Below, piece by piece: positions 49,745 to 63,177 of a DNA stretch of 64,000 bases; position 1 is the stretch's first letter, and every line of letters starts with the position of its first letter. Location of the stretch: assembly GCA_030390025.1 (NCBI GenBank), contig CM059431.1:99822001-99886000 (forward strand), in the 5' to 3' direction. The position numbers and the translations under genes were made by a program. A model generated the notes under the pieces. The model was not told the origin of the DNA, made no database searches, and was given only the letters and a program-made list of their open reading frames with translations. This DNA comes from Squalus acanthias. Taxonomy: Eukaryota.

Positions 49745-50384
49745 TCTTCTGGTAGATGCCTCAGTTGAGGAAGCGCTGAGTCAGGGTGGGGTGAGGGGTT
49801 TTCCAGGAGCTCACACTGGAGATGGGTGTCAGGCTCCAAACTTCCACAACAATGAGTAGGCCTGCTAAAGTTTCCCCAGACCTGAAACAACTAAGTTCTG
49901 CCACCTGCAAATGATGATTGCTCCAAACTACTCTTTAATGGTGGAGCTGCAGCCGAAAGCCAGCAAGCCAAATGTGTACCCGCCAGGTTTCACCGTCGTG
50001 TTCCAGAGGAGACGGCATCACGTGGAAAACCGGTAAAAATCCGAAAGGCCTGTGAAAATGGCATTATGGAGCCAATTAGGAGCTTGACAATGGCCTTAAG
50101 GGCCTATCCCGCCTCTTGGAGGCGGGTCGGGAACTGGATCTGAAAACGCGCATCTGGGAAAATTCAGTGGAGGCGGGATGGGGGCGGGGGCGGGATCGGG
50201 CCCACCCGCCATTTTTTCCAATTTTAACCCCCCACACGCCTCCAATCCTGCCTCAACGGCCCTATGAAAATCGAGACCTCTCTCTCAGACAACACCTTCC
50301 CATCTTGGACACACTTACTGCTTCTTCCTCTCAACATACGCACCAGGCTAAAGTGCCTCACACATCCTCCCCACCCTTTCACAA

Positions 50385-50743
50385 GCCCCCACCACCCTGC
50401 ACACCCCACACACCCCACACACACCCACCCACACACCCCACACACACACACACCCCACACACACACACCCCACACACACACCCCACACACACACCCCACA
50501 CACACACACCCCCCACTCACACACCCACCCACACACCCCACACACACACACACCCCCCACACACACACACACCCCACCCCACACACACACACCCCACACA
50601 CACCCTACACACACCCCACACACACACACCTCACACACACACACCCCACACACACACACCTCACACACACCCCCCACACACACCTCACACACACCCCCCC
50701 ACACACACACACACACACACCCCACACACCCCACACACACACT

Positions 50744-50777
<34 letters not shown>

Positions 50778-51172
50778 CACACACACTCTCCCCACACACA
50801 CACACCCCCCACACACAAACTCCCCACACACACACACACCCCACACCCCCCCCCACACACACTCCCCACACACACACACACACCCCACACACACACACTC
50901 CCCCCACACACACACACACACCCCACACACACACACACATCCCACACACACACATCCCACACACACACACACACGCACACCCCACACACACAGACCCCAC
51001 ACACACAGACCCCACACGGACCCCACACGGACCCCACACCCCACACACACCCCACACACACCCCACACACACACACCCCACACACACCCCACACACAGAC
51101 CCCACACCCCCCCACACAGACCCCACACCCCCCCCACACACACACACCCCCCCACACACACACACGCACAAA
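50385..51172. repeat. Degenerate (CA)n / CACACACCC simple repeat
   Basis: Base composition. Confidence 0.95.
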
Positions 51173-51354
51173 CACAGTTTTTAGTCAACAATAAATTGGC
51201 CAGCAGACATTGACAGATCTTGTGTTCGTACCGAATTTAGAAATTATATACCATCAAGCAAGCACAACGAAGCATGGGATCAGCAGTTTCACGAAGATCA
51301 AGATGACATGATGTTATCATCATTTGAAGCTTCAATTCCCACCTGTGTTCATGA

Positions 51355-52405
51355 ACTCCAGAGCCTTGAGCACATAATCCAGGCTGACACTCCTAAATAG
51401 TACTGAGTGCAGTACTGAGGGAGCATCGCACTGTCGGAGGATCAGTACTGAGGGAGCGCCGCACTGTCGGAGAGGCAGTACTGAGGGAGCGCTGCACTGT
51501 CGGAGGGGCAGTACTGATGGAGTGCCGCACTGTCGGAGGGTCAGTACTGAGGGAGCGCCGCACTGTCGGAGGGGCAGTACTGAGGGAGCGCGGCACTGTC
51601 GGAGGGTCAGTACTGAGGGAGTGTCGCACTGTCGGAGGGGCAGTACTGAGGGAGCGCGGCACTGTCGGAGGGGTAGTACTGAGGGAGTGCCGCACTGTCG
51701 GAGGGGCAGTACTGAGGGAGTGCCGCACTGTCGGAGGGGCAGTACTGAGGGAGCGCCGCACTGGCGGAGGGGCGGTACTGAGTGAGTGCTGCACTGTCGG
51801 AGGGGCAGTAATGAGGGAGCGCTGCACTGTCGGAGGGGCAGTACTGAGGGAGTGCTGCACTGTTGGAGGGTCAGTACTGAGGGAGCGCTGCACTGTCAGA
51901 GGGGCGGTACTGAGAGAGCGCCGCACTGTCGGAGGGGCAGTACTGAGGGAGCGCCGCACTGTCGGAGGGGCAGTACTGAGGGAGCCCCGCACTGTCGGAG
52001 GGGCAGTACTGAGGGAGTGCCGCACTGTCGGAGGAGCAGTACTGAGGGCGTGCTGCACTGTCGGAGGGGCAGTACTGAGGGAGCGCCGCACTGTCGGAGA
52101 TGCCGTCTTTTGGATGAGATGTTAAACCGAGGCCTCTCGGGTGGACATAAAAAATCCCACTGCACTATTTTGAAGAAGAGCAGGGGAGTTCTCCCCGGTG
52201 TCCTGGGGCCAATATTTATCCCTCAAACAACATCACTAAAACAGATTATCTGGTCATTATCACATTGCTGTTTGTGGGAGCTTGCTGTGCGCAAATTGGC
52301 TGCCGCGTTTCCTACATTACAACAGTGACCACACTTCAAAAAGTACTTCATTGGCTGTGAAGCATTTCGGGACATCCTGAGATTGTGAAAGGCGCTGTAG
52401 ATATT
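51355..52405 (+). mobile_element. DeuSINE (5'-clipped) containing 21 units of the 33-bp repeat (~51400-52100)
   Basis: cactg motif every 33 bp from 51429 to 52089, then Deu core and tail. Confidence 0.93.
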
Positions 52406-53204
52406 ATTATTTTTTCCTCGATCTCTTCCTTTCTCTCTCGCTTTCTCTCATCATCGGGACTTCTACTTTTGAGCTCGGCTCCACTTCTCTGGGTAATGCT
52501 GAAGTGTTCCCAGTCGGTTGTGGGACGCTTATGCTGGTAATCCCTTCAGGACCCCATGCTCGAGATATAAACAGCCCTCTCCCAGGGCCTGAACCACCTG
52601 GACAAGATCTCAATCAAGATCACTAGCATTTAGCAAAAGAATCAATTCTTCGTTTTCTCCACTCCTCCACCTCCAATCCAGTATGTTCACAGAAGAAATC
52701 ATTGATATCATTCCAACCGAACGCCCAGGGTATCTTTCCTTATGCTTCACATTTCACAGCTGTCCTCTATACAGCTCAACTCACCCACAAGTATCCTGTT
52801 AATACCCAATTAACATTGGATGATGGATCCCAATTAGTTCCAATGGTTCTGCCAGTAAGATAATCCTATAAACCTCAAACTAAGTTAAGACAACGCCCAA
52901 GGCCCTTCCCTTAATCACTGAGATGGACGTTAAGTCCAGGTGGAGAATTTGGCCAGAAAAGATCGCACGTGACTCGAGTAGTTTTAGCTGAGAGTAGATG
53001 TTGTTTTATTTCACCGTGCAGCCCCATAATTTAAGTGAGATTAGTTACTCTGAAAGGAGAGAGTTCAAAATAAAACTAAACAGGACTTTCGACAGACTGC
53101 TCTATATCTGTGCTCTATACAACCAAATGTGCAGAGTGTTAAAATAAATATTGATAATTAATTATGCTGTGAAGAAAGACTTGCATTTATATAGCGCTTT
53201 TCAC

Positions 53205-55929
53205 TAACGCTGTGTGTTCTCTAAACTGTGGGGAGTGACAGACTGTCTGAACTCAGGAGTGTTGGCGCTGTGCGTTCTCTGAACTCGGGAGTGTGAGCGC
53301 TGTGCGTTCTCTGAACTCGGGAGTGTTGGCGCTGTGCGTTCTCTGAACTCGGGAGTGTGAGCGCCGTGCGTTCTCTGAACTCGGGAGTGTGAGCGCCGTG
53401 CGTTCTCTGAACTCGGGAGTGTGAGCGCTGTGCGTTCCCTGAACTCGGGAGTGTGAGCGCTGTGCGTTCTCTGAACTCGGGAGTGTGAGCGCTGTGCGTT
53501 CCCTGAACTCGGGAGTGTTGGCGCTGTGCGTTCTCTGAACTCGGGAGTGTGAGCGCCGTGCGTTCTCTGAACTCGGGAGTGTGAGCGCTGTGCGTTCCCT
53601 GAACTCGGGAGTGTGAGCGCTGTGTGTTCCCAGAACTCGGGAGTGTGAGCGCTGTGCGTTCTCTGAACTCGGGAGTGTGAGCGCTGTGCGTTCCCAGAAC
53701 TCAGGAGTGTGAGCGCTGTGCGTTCTCTGAACTCGGGAGTGTGAGCGCTGTGCGTTCTCTGAACTCGGGAGTGTGAGCGCCGTGCGTTCTCTGAACTCGG
53801 GAGTGTTGGCGCTGTGCGTTCCCAGAAATCGGGAGTGTGAGCGCTGTGCGTTCTCTGAACTCGGGAGTGTGAGCGCTGTGCGTTCTCTGAACTCGGGAGT
53901 GTTGGCGCTGTGCGTTCCCAGAAATCGGGAGTGTGAGCGCTGTGCGTTCTCTGAACTCGGGAGTGTGAGCGCCGTGCGTTCTCTGAACTCGGGAGTGTGA
54001 GCGCTGTGCGTTCCCAGAAATCGGGAGTGTGAGCGCCGTGCGTTCTCTGAACTCGGGAGTGTGAGCGCCGTGCGTTCTCTGAACTCGGGAGTGTGAGCGC
54101 CGTGCGTTCTCTGAACTCGGGAGTGTGAGCGCCGTGCGTTCTCTGAACTCGGGAGTGTGAGCGCTGTGTGTTCCCTGAACTCGGGAGTGTGAGCGCCGTG
54201 CGTTCCCAGAAATCGGGAGTGTGAGCGCTGTGTGTTCCCAGAACTCGGGAGTGTGAGCGCCGTGCGTTCTCTGAACTCGGGAGTGTGAGGGCCGTGCGTT
54301 CTCTGAACTCGGGAGTGTGAGCGCCGTGCGTTCTCTGAACTCGGGAGTGTGAGCGCCGTGCGTTCTCTGAACTCGGGAGTGTGAGCGCTGTGCGTTCTCT
54401 GAACTCGGGAGTGTGAGCGCTGTGCGTTCCCTGAACTCGGGAGTGTGAGCGCTGTGCGTTCCCTGAACTCGGGAGTGTGAGCGCCGTGCGTTCTCTGAAC
54501 TCGGGAGTGTGAGCGCTGTGCGTTCTCTGAACTCGGGAGTGTGAGCGCTGTGTGTTCCCTGAACTCGGGAGTGTGAGCGCCGTGCGTTCCCTGAACTCGG
54601 GAGTGTGAGCGCCGTGCGTTCTCTGAACTCGGGAGTGTGAGCGCTGTGTGTTCCCTGAACTCGGGAGTGTGAGCGTTGTGCGTTCTCTGAACTCGGGAGT
54701 GTTGGCGCTGTGCGTTCTCTGAACTCGGGAGTGTGAGCGCTGTGCGTTCCCTGAACTCGGGAGTGTGAGCGCCGTGCGTTCTCTGAACTCGGGAGTGTGA
54801 GCGTTGTGCGTTCTCTGAACTCGGGAGTGTGAGCGTTGTGCGTTCTCTGAACTCGGGAGTGTTGGCGCTGTGCGTTCTCTGAACTCGGGAGTGTGAGCGC
54901 CGTGCGTTCTCTGAACTCGGGAGTGTGAGCGCCGTGTGTTCCCTGAACTCGGGAGTGTGAGCGCTGTGCGTTCCCTGAACTCGGGAGTGTGAGCGCTGTG
55001 CGTTCTCTGAACTCGGGAGTGTGAGCGCTGTGCGTTCTCTGAACTCGGGAGTGTGAGCGCCGTGCGTTCTCTGAACTCGGGAGTGTGAGCGCTGTGCGTT
55101 CTCTGAACTCGGGAGTGTGAGCGCCGTGTGTTCCCTGAACTCGGGAGTGTGAGCGCTGTGCGTGCTCTGAACTCGGGAGTGTGAGCGCTGTGCGTTCTCT
55201 GAACTCGGGAGTGTGAGCGCTGTGCGTTCTCTGAACTCGGGAGTGTGAGCGCTGTGCGTTCTCTGAACTCGGGAGTGTGAGCGCTGTGCGTTCTCTGAAC
55301 TCGGGAGTGTGAGCGCTGTGCGTGCTCTGAACTCGGGAGTGTGAGCGCCGTGTGTTCACTGAACTCGGGAGTGTGAGCGCCGTGCGTTCTCTGAACTCGG
55401 GAGTGTGAGCGCTGTGTGTTCACTGAACTCGGGAGTGTGAGCGCTGTGCGTTCTCTGAACTCGGGAGTGTGAGCGCCGTGCGTTCTCTGAACTCGGGAGT
55501 GTGAGCGCTGTGCGTTCGCTGAACTCGGGAGTGTGAGCGCTGTGCGTTCTCTGAACTCGGGAGTGTGAGCGCTGTGCGTTCCCTGAACTCGGGAGTGTGA
55601 GCGCTGTGCGTTCTCTGAACTCGGGAGTGTGAGCGCCGTGCGTTCCCTGAACTCGGGAGTGTGAGCGCTGTGCGTTCCCTGAACTCGGGAGTGTGAGCGC
55701 TGTGCGTTCTCTGAACTCGGGAGTGTGAGCGCTGTGCGTTCTCTGAACTCGGGAGTGTGAGCGCCGTGCGTTCTCTGAACTCGGGAGTGTGAGCGCCGTG
55801 CGTTCTCTGAACTCGGGAGTATGAGCGCGGTGCGTTCTCTGAACTCGGGAGTGTGAGCGCTGTGCGTTCTCTGAACTCGGGAGTGTGAGCGCTGTGCGTT
55901 CTCTGAACTCGGGAGTGTGAGCGCTGTGC
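53205..55929. repeat. 32-bp minisatellite GAACTCGGGAGTGTGAGCGCTGTGCGTTCTCT, ~85 units
   Basis: Exact 32-bp period; register is kept at 53281, 53761, 54721, 55201 and 55681. Confidence 0.97.
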
Positions 55930-56165
55930 CTTCACAGGAGCGTAATCAGACAAAATTTGACACTGAGCCACATAAGGAGATATTAGGACAGGTGACCAAA
56001 AGCTTGGTCACAGAGGTTAATTTAAGGAGCATCTTAAAGCAGGAGAGAGAGGCGGAGAGGTTTAGGGAGGGAATTCCAAAGCTTAGGGCTCAGGCAGCTG
56101 AAGGCACGGCCGCCAAGTGACACCGAGACACATAGGAGGTATTCGGACAGGTGACCAAAAGCTTG
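55929..56165 (-). mobile_element. L2 3' fragment; a matching terminal tail lies across the array at 53172-53204
   Basis: cttcacaggagcgtaatcagacaaaatttgacac... as at 8607 and 58470. Confidence 0.85.
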
Positions 56166-56639
56166 ATCAAAGTCGGCTACAAAACACCATCCAAAACAGG
56201 TGGCTCTTTCTTCAGCTGTGCGATTCCAGTTTCCTAATTTGGTCGGACTGCAGGAAATATTGTCAACAGGAAAGTTACTGCCTCAAGTTTGGAATTTGCT
56301 TCGGTTTTCAGCCCTGTTTTCCTGTGCAATGCCTCTGCCTGGGATAATTGGCTCAACAATCACTCGCTGCTCATTACCTCTTTCAATCCACTCAGAATTT
56401 CCCAGCTGTAATAACGGCGCCTCTTTCTAAGCGTAGCAATTCAACAAACTCGTCAGCAAGTGTTCTGGGTTCCACATATTTGTTTTGGCAACGGTGGAAG
56501 TGAATTCATCGGAGACTCCGGAATCTTCCAGAATAATGAGACAGCAGTCTGGCAAACTGTTCCAATATAAGGGCTGATTTTCCAAAGCTTAATCCAGAAT
56601 GGGTCACGGCAGGATTAGAATCATAGGACCGTGATTGGC

Positions 56640-58875
56640 CCGGGGGTTCATAGGACCTTACAGCACAGGAGGAGGCCATTCGGCCCATCGTGTCTGTGCC
56701 GGCTCTTTGAACGAGCTCTCCAATTAGTCCCACTCCCCCCTACTCTTTCCCCGGAGCCCTGTAAATTTCTCCTTTTCAAGTATTTATCCGATTCCCTTTT
56801 CGGTTACTGACCCTGCTAGCAATGGAAACAGTGTCTCCCTATTTACTCTATCGAAGCTCCTTCATGAATTTGAGCACCTCTATTAAATCTCTCCTTAACC
56901 TTCTCTGCTCTAAGGAGAACAATCCCAGCTTCTCCAGTCTCTCCACGTAACTGAGGTCTCTCGTCCCTGGAACCATTCTGGGAAATCTCCTCTGCACCCC
57001 TCTCACATTGTGAGTCATAAATGTGTTTTTTGTTATACTATTTGCACATCATATTTGATTCTGCTTTTTCCACCATCTCAGCACTGAAGTGATTATAAGC
57101 TGTGTTGGTTTCCATGACAATGGCACTCCGATGGCCACAGTGCATTTGCAGAAATGCGTTGTACTGTGGGATCATTGAAGCTACTAAATTAGAGCATTTT
57201 CCCTGACTGTGATTCGCAAAGCAAGGACAACAGCAGAAAGGTTAAAACGAATGACAGCTTCGCCCAACCTCGGGAATCAAAACTCGTTCACGCCCCATTC
57301 AACTGAAGCAAAATCCAATTGTACTGCCGTTTAACATATTGCACGGTTCACATACGAATATAGAAGATTAAGGGGTGATCTAATTGAGTTGTTTAAGATG
57401 ATTGAAGGAGTTAATGGGGTAGATAGAGAGAAACTATTTCCTCTGGTGGGGGGAGTCCAGAACAAAGGCGGCAGAACCTTAAAATTAGAGCCAGGCCGTT
57501 CAGGGGTGATGTCAGGAAGCACTTCTTCACACAAAGGGTGGTGGAAATCTGGAACTCTCTCCCCCAAAAAGCTGTTGAGGCCGGGGGTTCAATTGAAAAG
57601 TTCAAAATTGAGATTGGTAGATTTTTGTTAGATACGGGTATTAAGGGTTACGGAACCAAGGCGGAGAGATGGAGTTAAGATACAGATCAGCCATGATCTC
57701 ATTGAATGGCGGAACAGGCTCAAGGGGCTGAGTTGCCTCCCCCTGTTCCGATGTTCCTCTACCAGGAGTTATGTAGAGTCTACGAAATTACTGTTTAACA
57801 AAAAAAAATACAATGGGATCATTAATATCAATACTCATGATCAGCCTCTTCATTATTGAGGGCACCATAGCATGGAAGGAGCAAATGTCAGCACCTGGTT
57901 ATCTTAGAAATGGCTGGGGAGGGGCGGGGGAGGAGCGGGGGGAGGGGCGGGGTCTGGGGAGGGGTGGGGCAGTGGGGGGAGGGGCAGGGTCTGGGGGGGC
58001 GGGGGAGAGGGTGGTAAGATTAGGAAATCTCACTGGGAAACAAGAGCGTTTAATGAGCATCTAAAGTAACAGTCATATCTAGGAACTTCATTTTGTTCAA
58101 GTAATGCATGTTATTTTTATCCATTTTCTTTTTTTGTTAAAGATTTTAAACATAAAAAGAAAGACTTGCATTTCTACAGCGCCTTTCACAACCACCGGAC
58201 GTCCCAAAGCGCTTTACAGCCAATGAAGTACTTTTTTGAAGTGGAGTCACTGTTGTATTGTGGGAAACGCGGCAGCCAATTTGCGCACAGCAAGCTCCCA
58301 CAAACAGCAATGTGATAATGACCAGATAATCCTGTTTTTGTTATGTTGGTTGAGGGATAAATATTGGCCCAGGACACCGTGGATAATCGGGGATAGACAA
58401 AAGGTAGCATTTCAAAACAACAACTTGCATTTATATAGCGCCTTTAACATAGTAAAACGTCCCAAGGTGCTTCACAGGAGCGATTATCAAACACATTTTT
58501 GACACCGAGCCACATGAGGATAAATTAGGGCAGGTGACCAAAAGCTTGGTCAAAGAGGTAGGTTTTAAGGAGCGTCTTAAAGGAGGAGAGAGAGGTAGAG
58601 AGGCGGAGAGGTTTAGGGAGGGAATTCCAGAGCTTAGGACCCAGGCAGCTGAAGGCACGGCCGCCAAAGGTGGAGCGATGGAAATCAGGGATGCTCAAGA
58701 GGCTAGAGTTGGAGGAGCGCCGAGATCTCAGAGGATTATGGGGCTGGAGGAGATTACAGAGATAGGGAGGGGCGAGGCCATTGAGGGATTTGAAAACAAG
58801 GATGAGAATTTTAAAATCGAGGCGTTGCTGGACCGGGAGCCAGTGTAGGTCAGCGAGCACAGGGGGTGATGGGCG
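56640..58875. mobile_element. CR1 (-, 56640-57000), CR1 (+, 57360-57760), DeuSINE tail (-, 58155-58380), L2 (-, 58415-58875)
   Basis: Identity to other copies and ORF motifs. Confidence 0.85.
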
Positions 58876-59529
58876 AATGAAAAGTAACATTGCAAAAAGG
58901 CTATAATCACAAGTCAGAACAGCGATTATTCCAGTTATGAAGCTGAGGTGAGTAAATACGAGCACAGTTCGTCCAGTCCAGCCTGTTAGCAATAAGCTGG
59001 AACAGAATCCTGAGACCATTCACTGGAAATCCAGATTTACAGCCGGGAAGGTAACTGGGAATTTTAGATTTACGTCAGTGTGTTGCCCAATCCTGCAAAC
59101 AAGATTAAAAATGACAAGCTCTAAAGGGCAGATTTCCGAGTCAGTGGGCTGATTCCTGCTGGTGTGGGACAGGCATGTGAGGGGTGGCAATCAGGCAGTG
59201 GATCCAGTTCACAGAATCCCACTTGAAGGATAAGCAATATCTTTTTCACCCATCCTAAAGTACTCTCAATCAAAATGTGCAAGAGCTCAATTTGAATACT
59301 GAGTTTGATGAAATGACATGGTAATGCATCTTTGTGCAATTTCCTCGTCTTCACCCCAGGAGTACTGCACTTTGTAGTTAAGCCACCCATATAAACGAGC
59401 GTTAAAGGCTAGAGTCCCACTGGTCTTTCTCACAGTGATTGCTTCAACCCAAACAGTGGCTTCCTCATGATAAAGTAGTTTAACAGCTTCCATTGCTTAA
59501 ACATGTTTAATTTGGTTTGGCATAGAACC

Positions 59530-62500
59530 TACTAAATGGAACAATTTTAAAGGGGGTGCAGGAACAGAGAAGACCTGGGGTTGATGTACACAAATCTTTG
59601 AAGGTGGTAGGACAAGTTGAGAAGGTTGTTAAAAAAACATACGGGATCCTTGGCTTTATTAATAGAGGCATAGAGCACAAAAGCAAGGAAGTTACACTAA
59701 ACCTTTATAAATCACTGGTTAGGCCTCAGCTGGAGTATTGTGGCCAATTCTGAGCACCACACTTCAGGAAGAATATCAAGACCTTGGAGAGGGTGCAGAG
59801 GAGATTTACTAGAATGGTTCCAGGGATGAGGGACTTCAGTTACGTGGAGAGACTGGAGAGGCTGGGGTTGTTCTCCTTAGAGCAGAGAATGTTAAGGAGG
59901 AGATTTATAAGGGGTGTTCAAAATTATGAAGGGTTTTGATAGAGTAAATAAGGAGAAACTGTTTCCAGTGGCAGAAGGGTCGAGAGGGTGAGAGAGTTCC
60001 AGATTTCTACCACCAAAAACACAAAAGGTTAGCATGCAGGTACAGCAAGTAATCAAAAAGGCAAATGGAATGTTGGCCTTTATTTCAAGGGGGTTGGAGT
60101 ATAAAAGCAGGGAAGTCCTGCTACAACTGTACAGGGTATTGGTGAGACCACACCTTGAGTACTGTGTACAGTTTTGGTCTCCTTATTTAAGGAAGGATAT
60201 ACTTGCATTGGAGGCAGTTCAGAGACGATTCACTAGGTTAATTCCAGAGATGAGGGGTTTGACTTATGAGGAAAGGTTGAGCAGGCTGGGCCTATACTCA
60301 TTGGAATTTAGAAGAATGAGAGGTGATCTTATCGAAACATATAAGATACTGAGGGGGCTCGACAGGGTAGATGCAGAGAGGATGTTTCCCCTCATGGGGA
60401 AATCTAGAACTTGGGGGCACAGTCTCAGAATAAAGGGTCGCCCTTTTAGAACTGAGATGAGGAGGAACTTCTTCTCTCAGAGGGTCGTAAATCTGTGGAA
60501 TTTTCTTCCCCAGAGAGCTGTGGAGGCTGGGTCATTAAATACATTTAAAGTGGAGATAGACAGATTTTTGCAAGGCTATATGGGTAGAACTTAAAAACAA
60601 AAAGGGGGCAAGCACTTTGCTGGGAGTGTACTATAGGCCCCCAAACAGTCAGGGGGAGATAGGGGAACAGATATGTAGGCAAATCTCAGAGAAGTGTAGA
60701 AATAATAGGGTAATAATAGTAGGGGATTTCAACTTCCCCAATATTAACTGGGATAGTCAGAGTGTGAAAGGCTTAGAGGGTGCGGAATTCTTAAAGTGCA
60801 TCCAGGAGAGCTTTTAGAGCCAGCATGTAGAAAGTCCTACAAGAGAGGAGGCGGTACTGGACCTAATTCTAGGGAATGTAGCCAGGCAAGTGGTAGAAGT
60901 GTTAGTAGGAGAGCATTTTGGTGACAATGACCATAATTCAGTGAGATTTAAGGTAGTCATGGAAAAGGACAAAGATGGACCAGAAATAAAGGTTCTAAAT
61001 TGGGGGAAGGCCGATTTTAATATGATAAGGCAGGATCTGGCCAAAATGGACTGGGATCAGCTACTTGTAGGAAAATCCACATCAGAGCAGTGGGAGTCTT
61101 TCAGAAAGGAAATAGAGAGAGTACAATGCCAACATGTTCCCGTAAAGGTCAAGGGTGGGACCAACAAGTCCAGGGAACCCTGGATGTCAAGGGATATACG
61201 AGAATGGATTAGGAAAAAAAGGGAGGCTTTTGGCAGATACAAAGGACTAAAAACAGTGGAAGCCCTAGAGGAGTATAGAAAGTGCAGGGGGGTACTTAAA
61301 AAGAAATTAGGAGAGCGAAGAGGGGCCATGAAAAAACACTGGCGGGCAAAATAAAGGAAAATCCCAAGGTGTTTTATAAGTATATTAAGGGCAAGAGGAT
61401 AACCAGGGAAAGAGTAGGGTCCATTAGGGACCAAAGTGGCAATCTGTGTGTAGAGCCAGAAGATGTAGGTGAGGTTTTAAATGAATATTTTGCATCTGTG
61501 TTCACGATGGAGAAGGACGATGTAGGCATAGAAATCAGGCAGGGAGATTGTGATATACTTGAAAAAATTAGTATTGAGAGGGAGGAGGTACTAGCGGTTT
61601 TAGCGAGCATAAAAGTGGATAAATCCCCAGGCCCAGACGAGATGTATCCCAGGCTGCTGTGTGAGACAAGGGAGGAGATTGCTCTGACACAAATTTTCAG
61701 AACCTCTCTGGCCACAGGGGAGGTGCCAGAGGACTGAAGAACAGCTAACGTAGTACCATTATTCAAGAAGGGTAGTAGGGATGAACCAGGGAATTACAGG
61801 CCAGTGAGCCTAACATCAGTGGTAGGGAAATTATTGGAAAAAATTCTGAGGGACAGAATTAGTCTCCACTTGGAGAGGCAAGGATTAATCAAGAATAGTC
61901 AGCATGGCTTTGTCAGTGGGAGATCATGTCTAACCAATTTGATTGAATTTTTCGAGGGGGTGACTAGGTGTGTGGATGAGGGTAGTGCAGTTGATGTGGT
62001 CTACATGGACTTCAGTAAGGCTTTTGACAAAGTCCCGCATGGGAGACTGGTCAAGAAGGTAAGAGCCCATGGGATCCAGGGCAACTTGGCACATTGGATC
62101 CAAAATTGGCTTAGTGGCAGGAGGCAGAGGGTGATGGTCGAAGGTTGTTTTTGTGACTGGAAGCCTGTGTCCAGTGGTGTACCGCAGGGATCGGTGCTGG
62201 GTCCTTTGCTGTTTGTAGTGTACATTAATGATTTAGATATGAATGTAGGAGGTATGATCAGTAAGTTCGCAGATGACACGAAAATTGGTGGGGTGGTAAA
62301 TAGCGAGGAAGGAAACCTCAGGCTACAGGACGATATAGACGGGTTGGTCAGATGGGCAGAACAGTGGCAAATGGAATTTAACCCTGAAAAGTGTGAGGTG
62401 ATGCATTTTGGGAGGACTAACAAGGCAAGGGAATACACAATGAATGGTAGGACCTTAGGAAGGACAGAGGATCAGAGGGACCTTGGTGTGCATGTACATA

Positions 62501-63177
62501 GATCCCTGAAGGCAGCAGGACAGGTAGATAAGGTGGTTAAAAAGGCATATGGGATACTTGCCTTCATTAGCCGAGGCATAGAATATAAGAGCAGGGAGGT
62601 TATGATGGAGCTGTACAAAACGCTAGTTAGGCCACAGCTGGAATACTGTGTGCAGTTCTGGTCGCCACACTATAGGAAGGATGTGATTGCATTGGAGAGG
62701 GTGCAGAGGAGATTCACCAGGATGTTACCTGGGCTGCAGCGCTTCAGCTATGAAGAGAGACTGGACAGGCTGGGGTTGTTTTCCTTAGAGCAGAGAAGGC
62801 TGAGGGGGGACCTGATTGAGGTGTACAAAATTATGAGGGGCATAGATAGGGTAGATAGAAAGGAACTTTTCCCCTTAGTAGAGGGGTCAATAGCCAGGGG
62901 GCATAGCTTCAAGGTAAGGGGCAGGAGGTTTAGAGGGGATTTGAGGAAAATCTTTTTCACCTAGAGGGTGGTTGGAATCTGGAACTCACTGCCTGAAAGG
63001 GTTGTGGAGGCAGGAACCCTCACAACATTCAAGAAGCATTTAGATGAGCACTTGAAATGCCATAGCATACAAGGCTACGGACCAAGTGCTGGAAAATGGG
63101 ATTAGAATAGACAGGGCTTGATGGCCGGCACGGACACAATGGGCTGAAGGGCCTCTTCCTGTGCTGTATAACTCTAT
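59530..63177 (+). mobile_element. Three tandem or nested CR1 segments; the last (60575-63177) spans the endonuclease C-half, RT and tail
   Basis: GVYYRPPN, GDFNFP, LDLIL, NDH; QHGF, PQGSVLGP, FADDTK; several in-frame stops. Confidence 0.93.

Larger units (their letters stand above)
47131..50278. mobile_element. Non-autonomous PIF/Harbinger transposon, ~3.15 kb
   Basis: TIRs GGGCTGAATTTT / AAAATCGAGACC (9/12 match), flanks TCC/TCT; convergent Myb/SANT gene (+) and transposase remnant (-). Confidence 0.8.

Noticed and set aside
50116..51213. His/Thr/Pro- and Cys/Val/Gly-rich ORFs (also 20141-20749 and 22741-23607)
   Set aside because: Translations of simple repeats.
41020..52100. 33-bp arrays as CRISPR
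   Set aside because: No spacers; embedded in SINEs.
53204..55971. 739-aa and 552-aa ORFs, or a CRISPR-like 32-bp repeat
   Set aside because: Head-to-tail units with no unique spacers, no cas genes and a vertebrate context; the ORFs are repeat artefacts.
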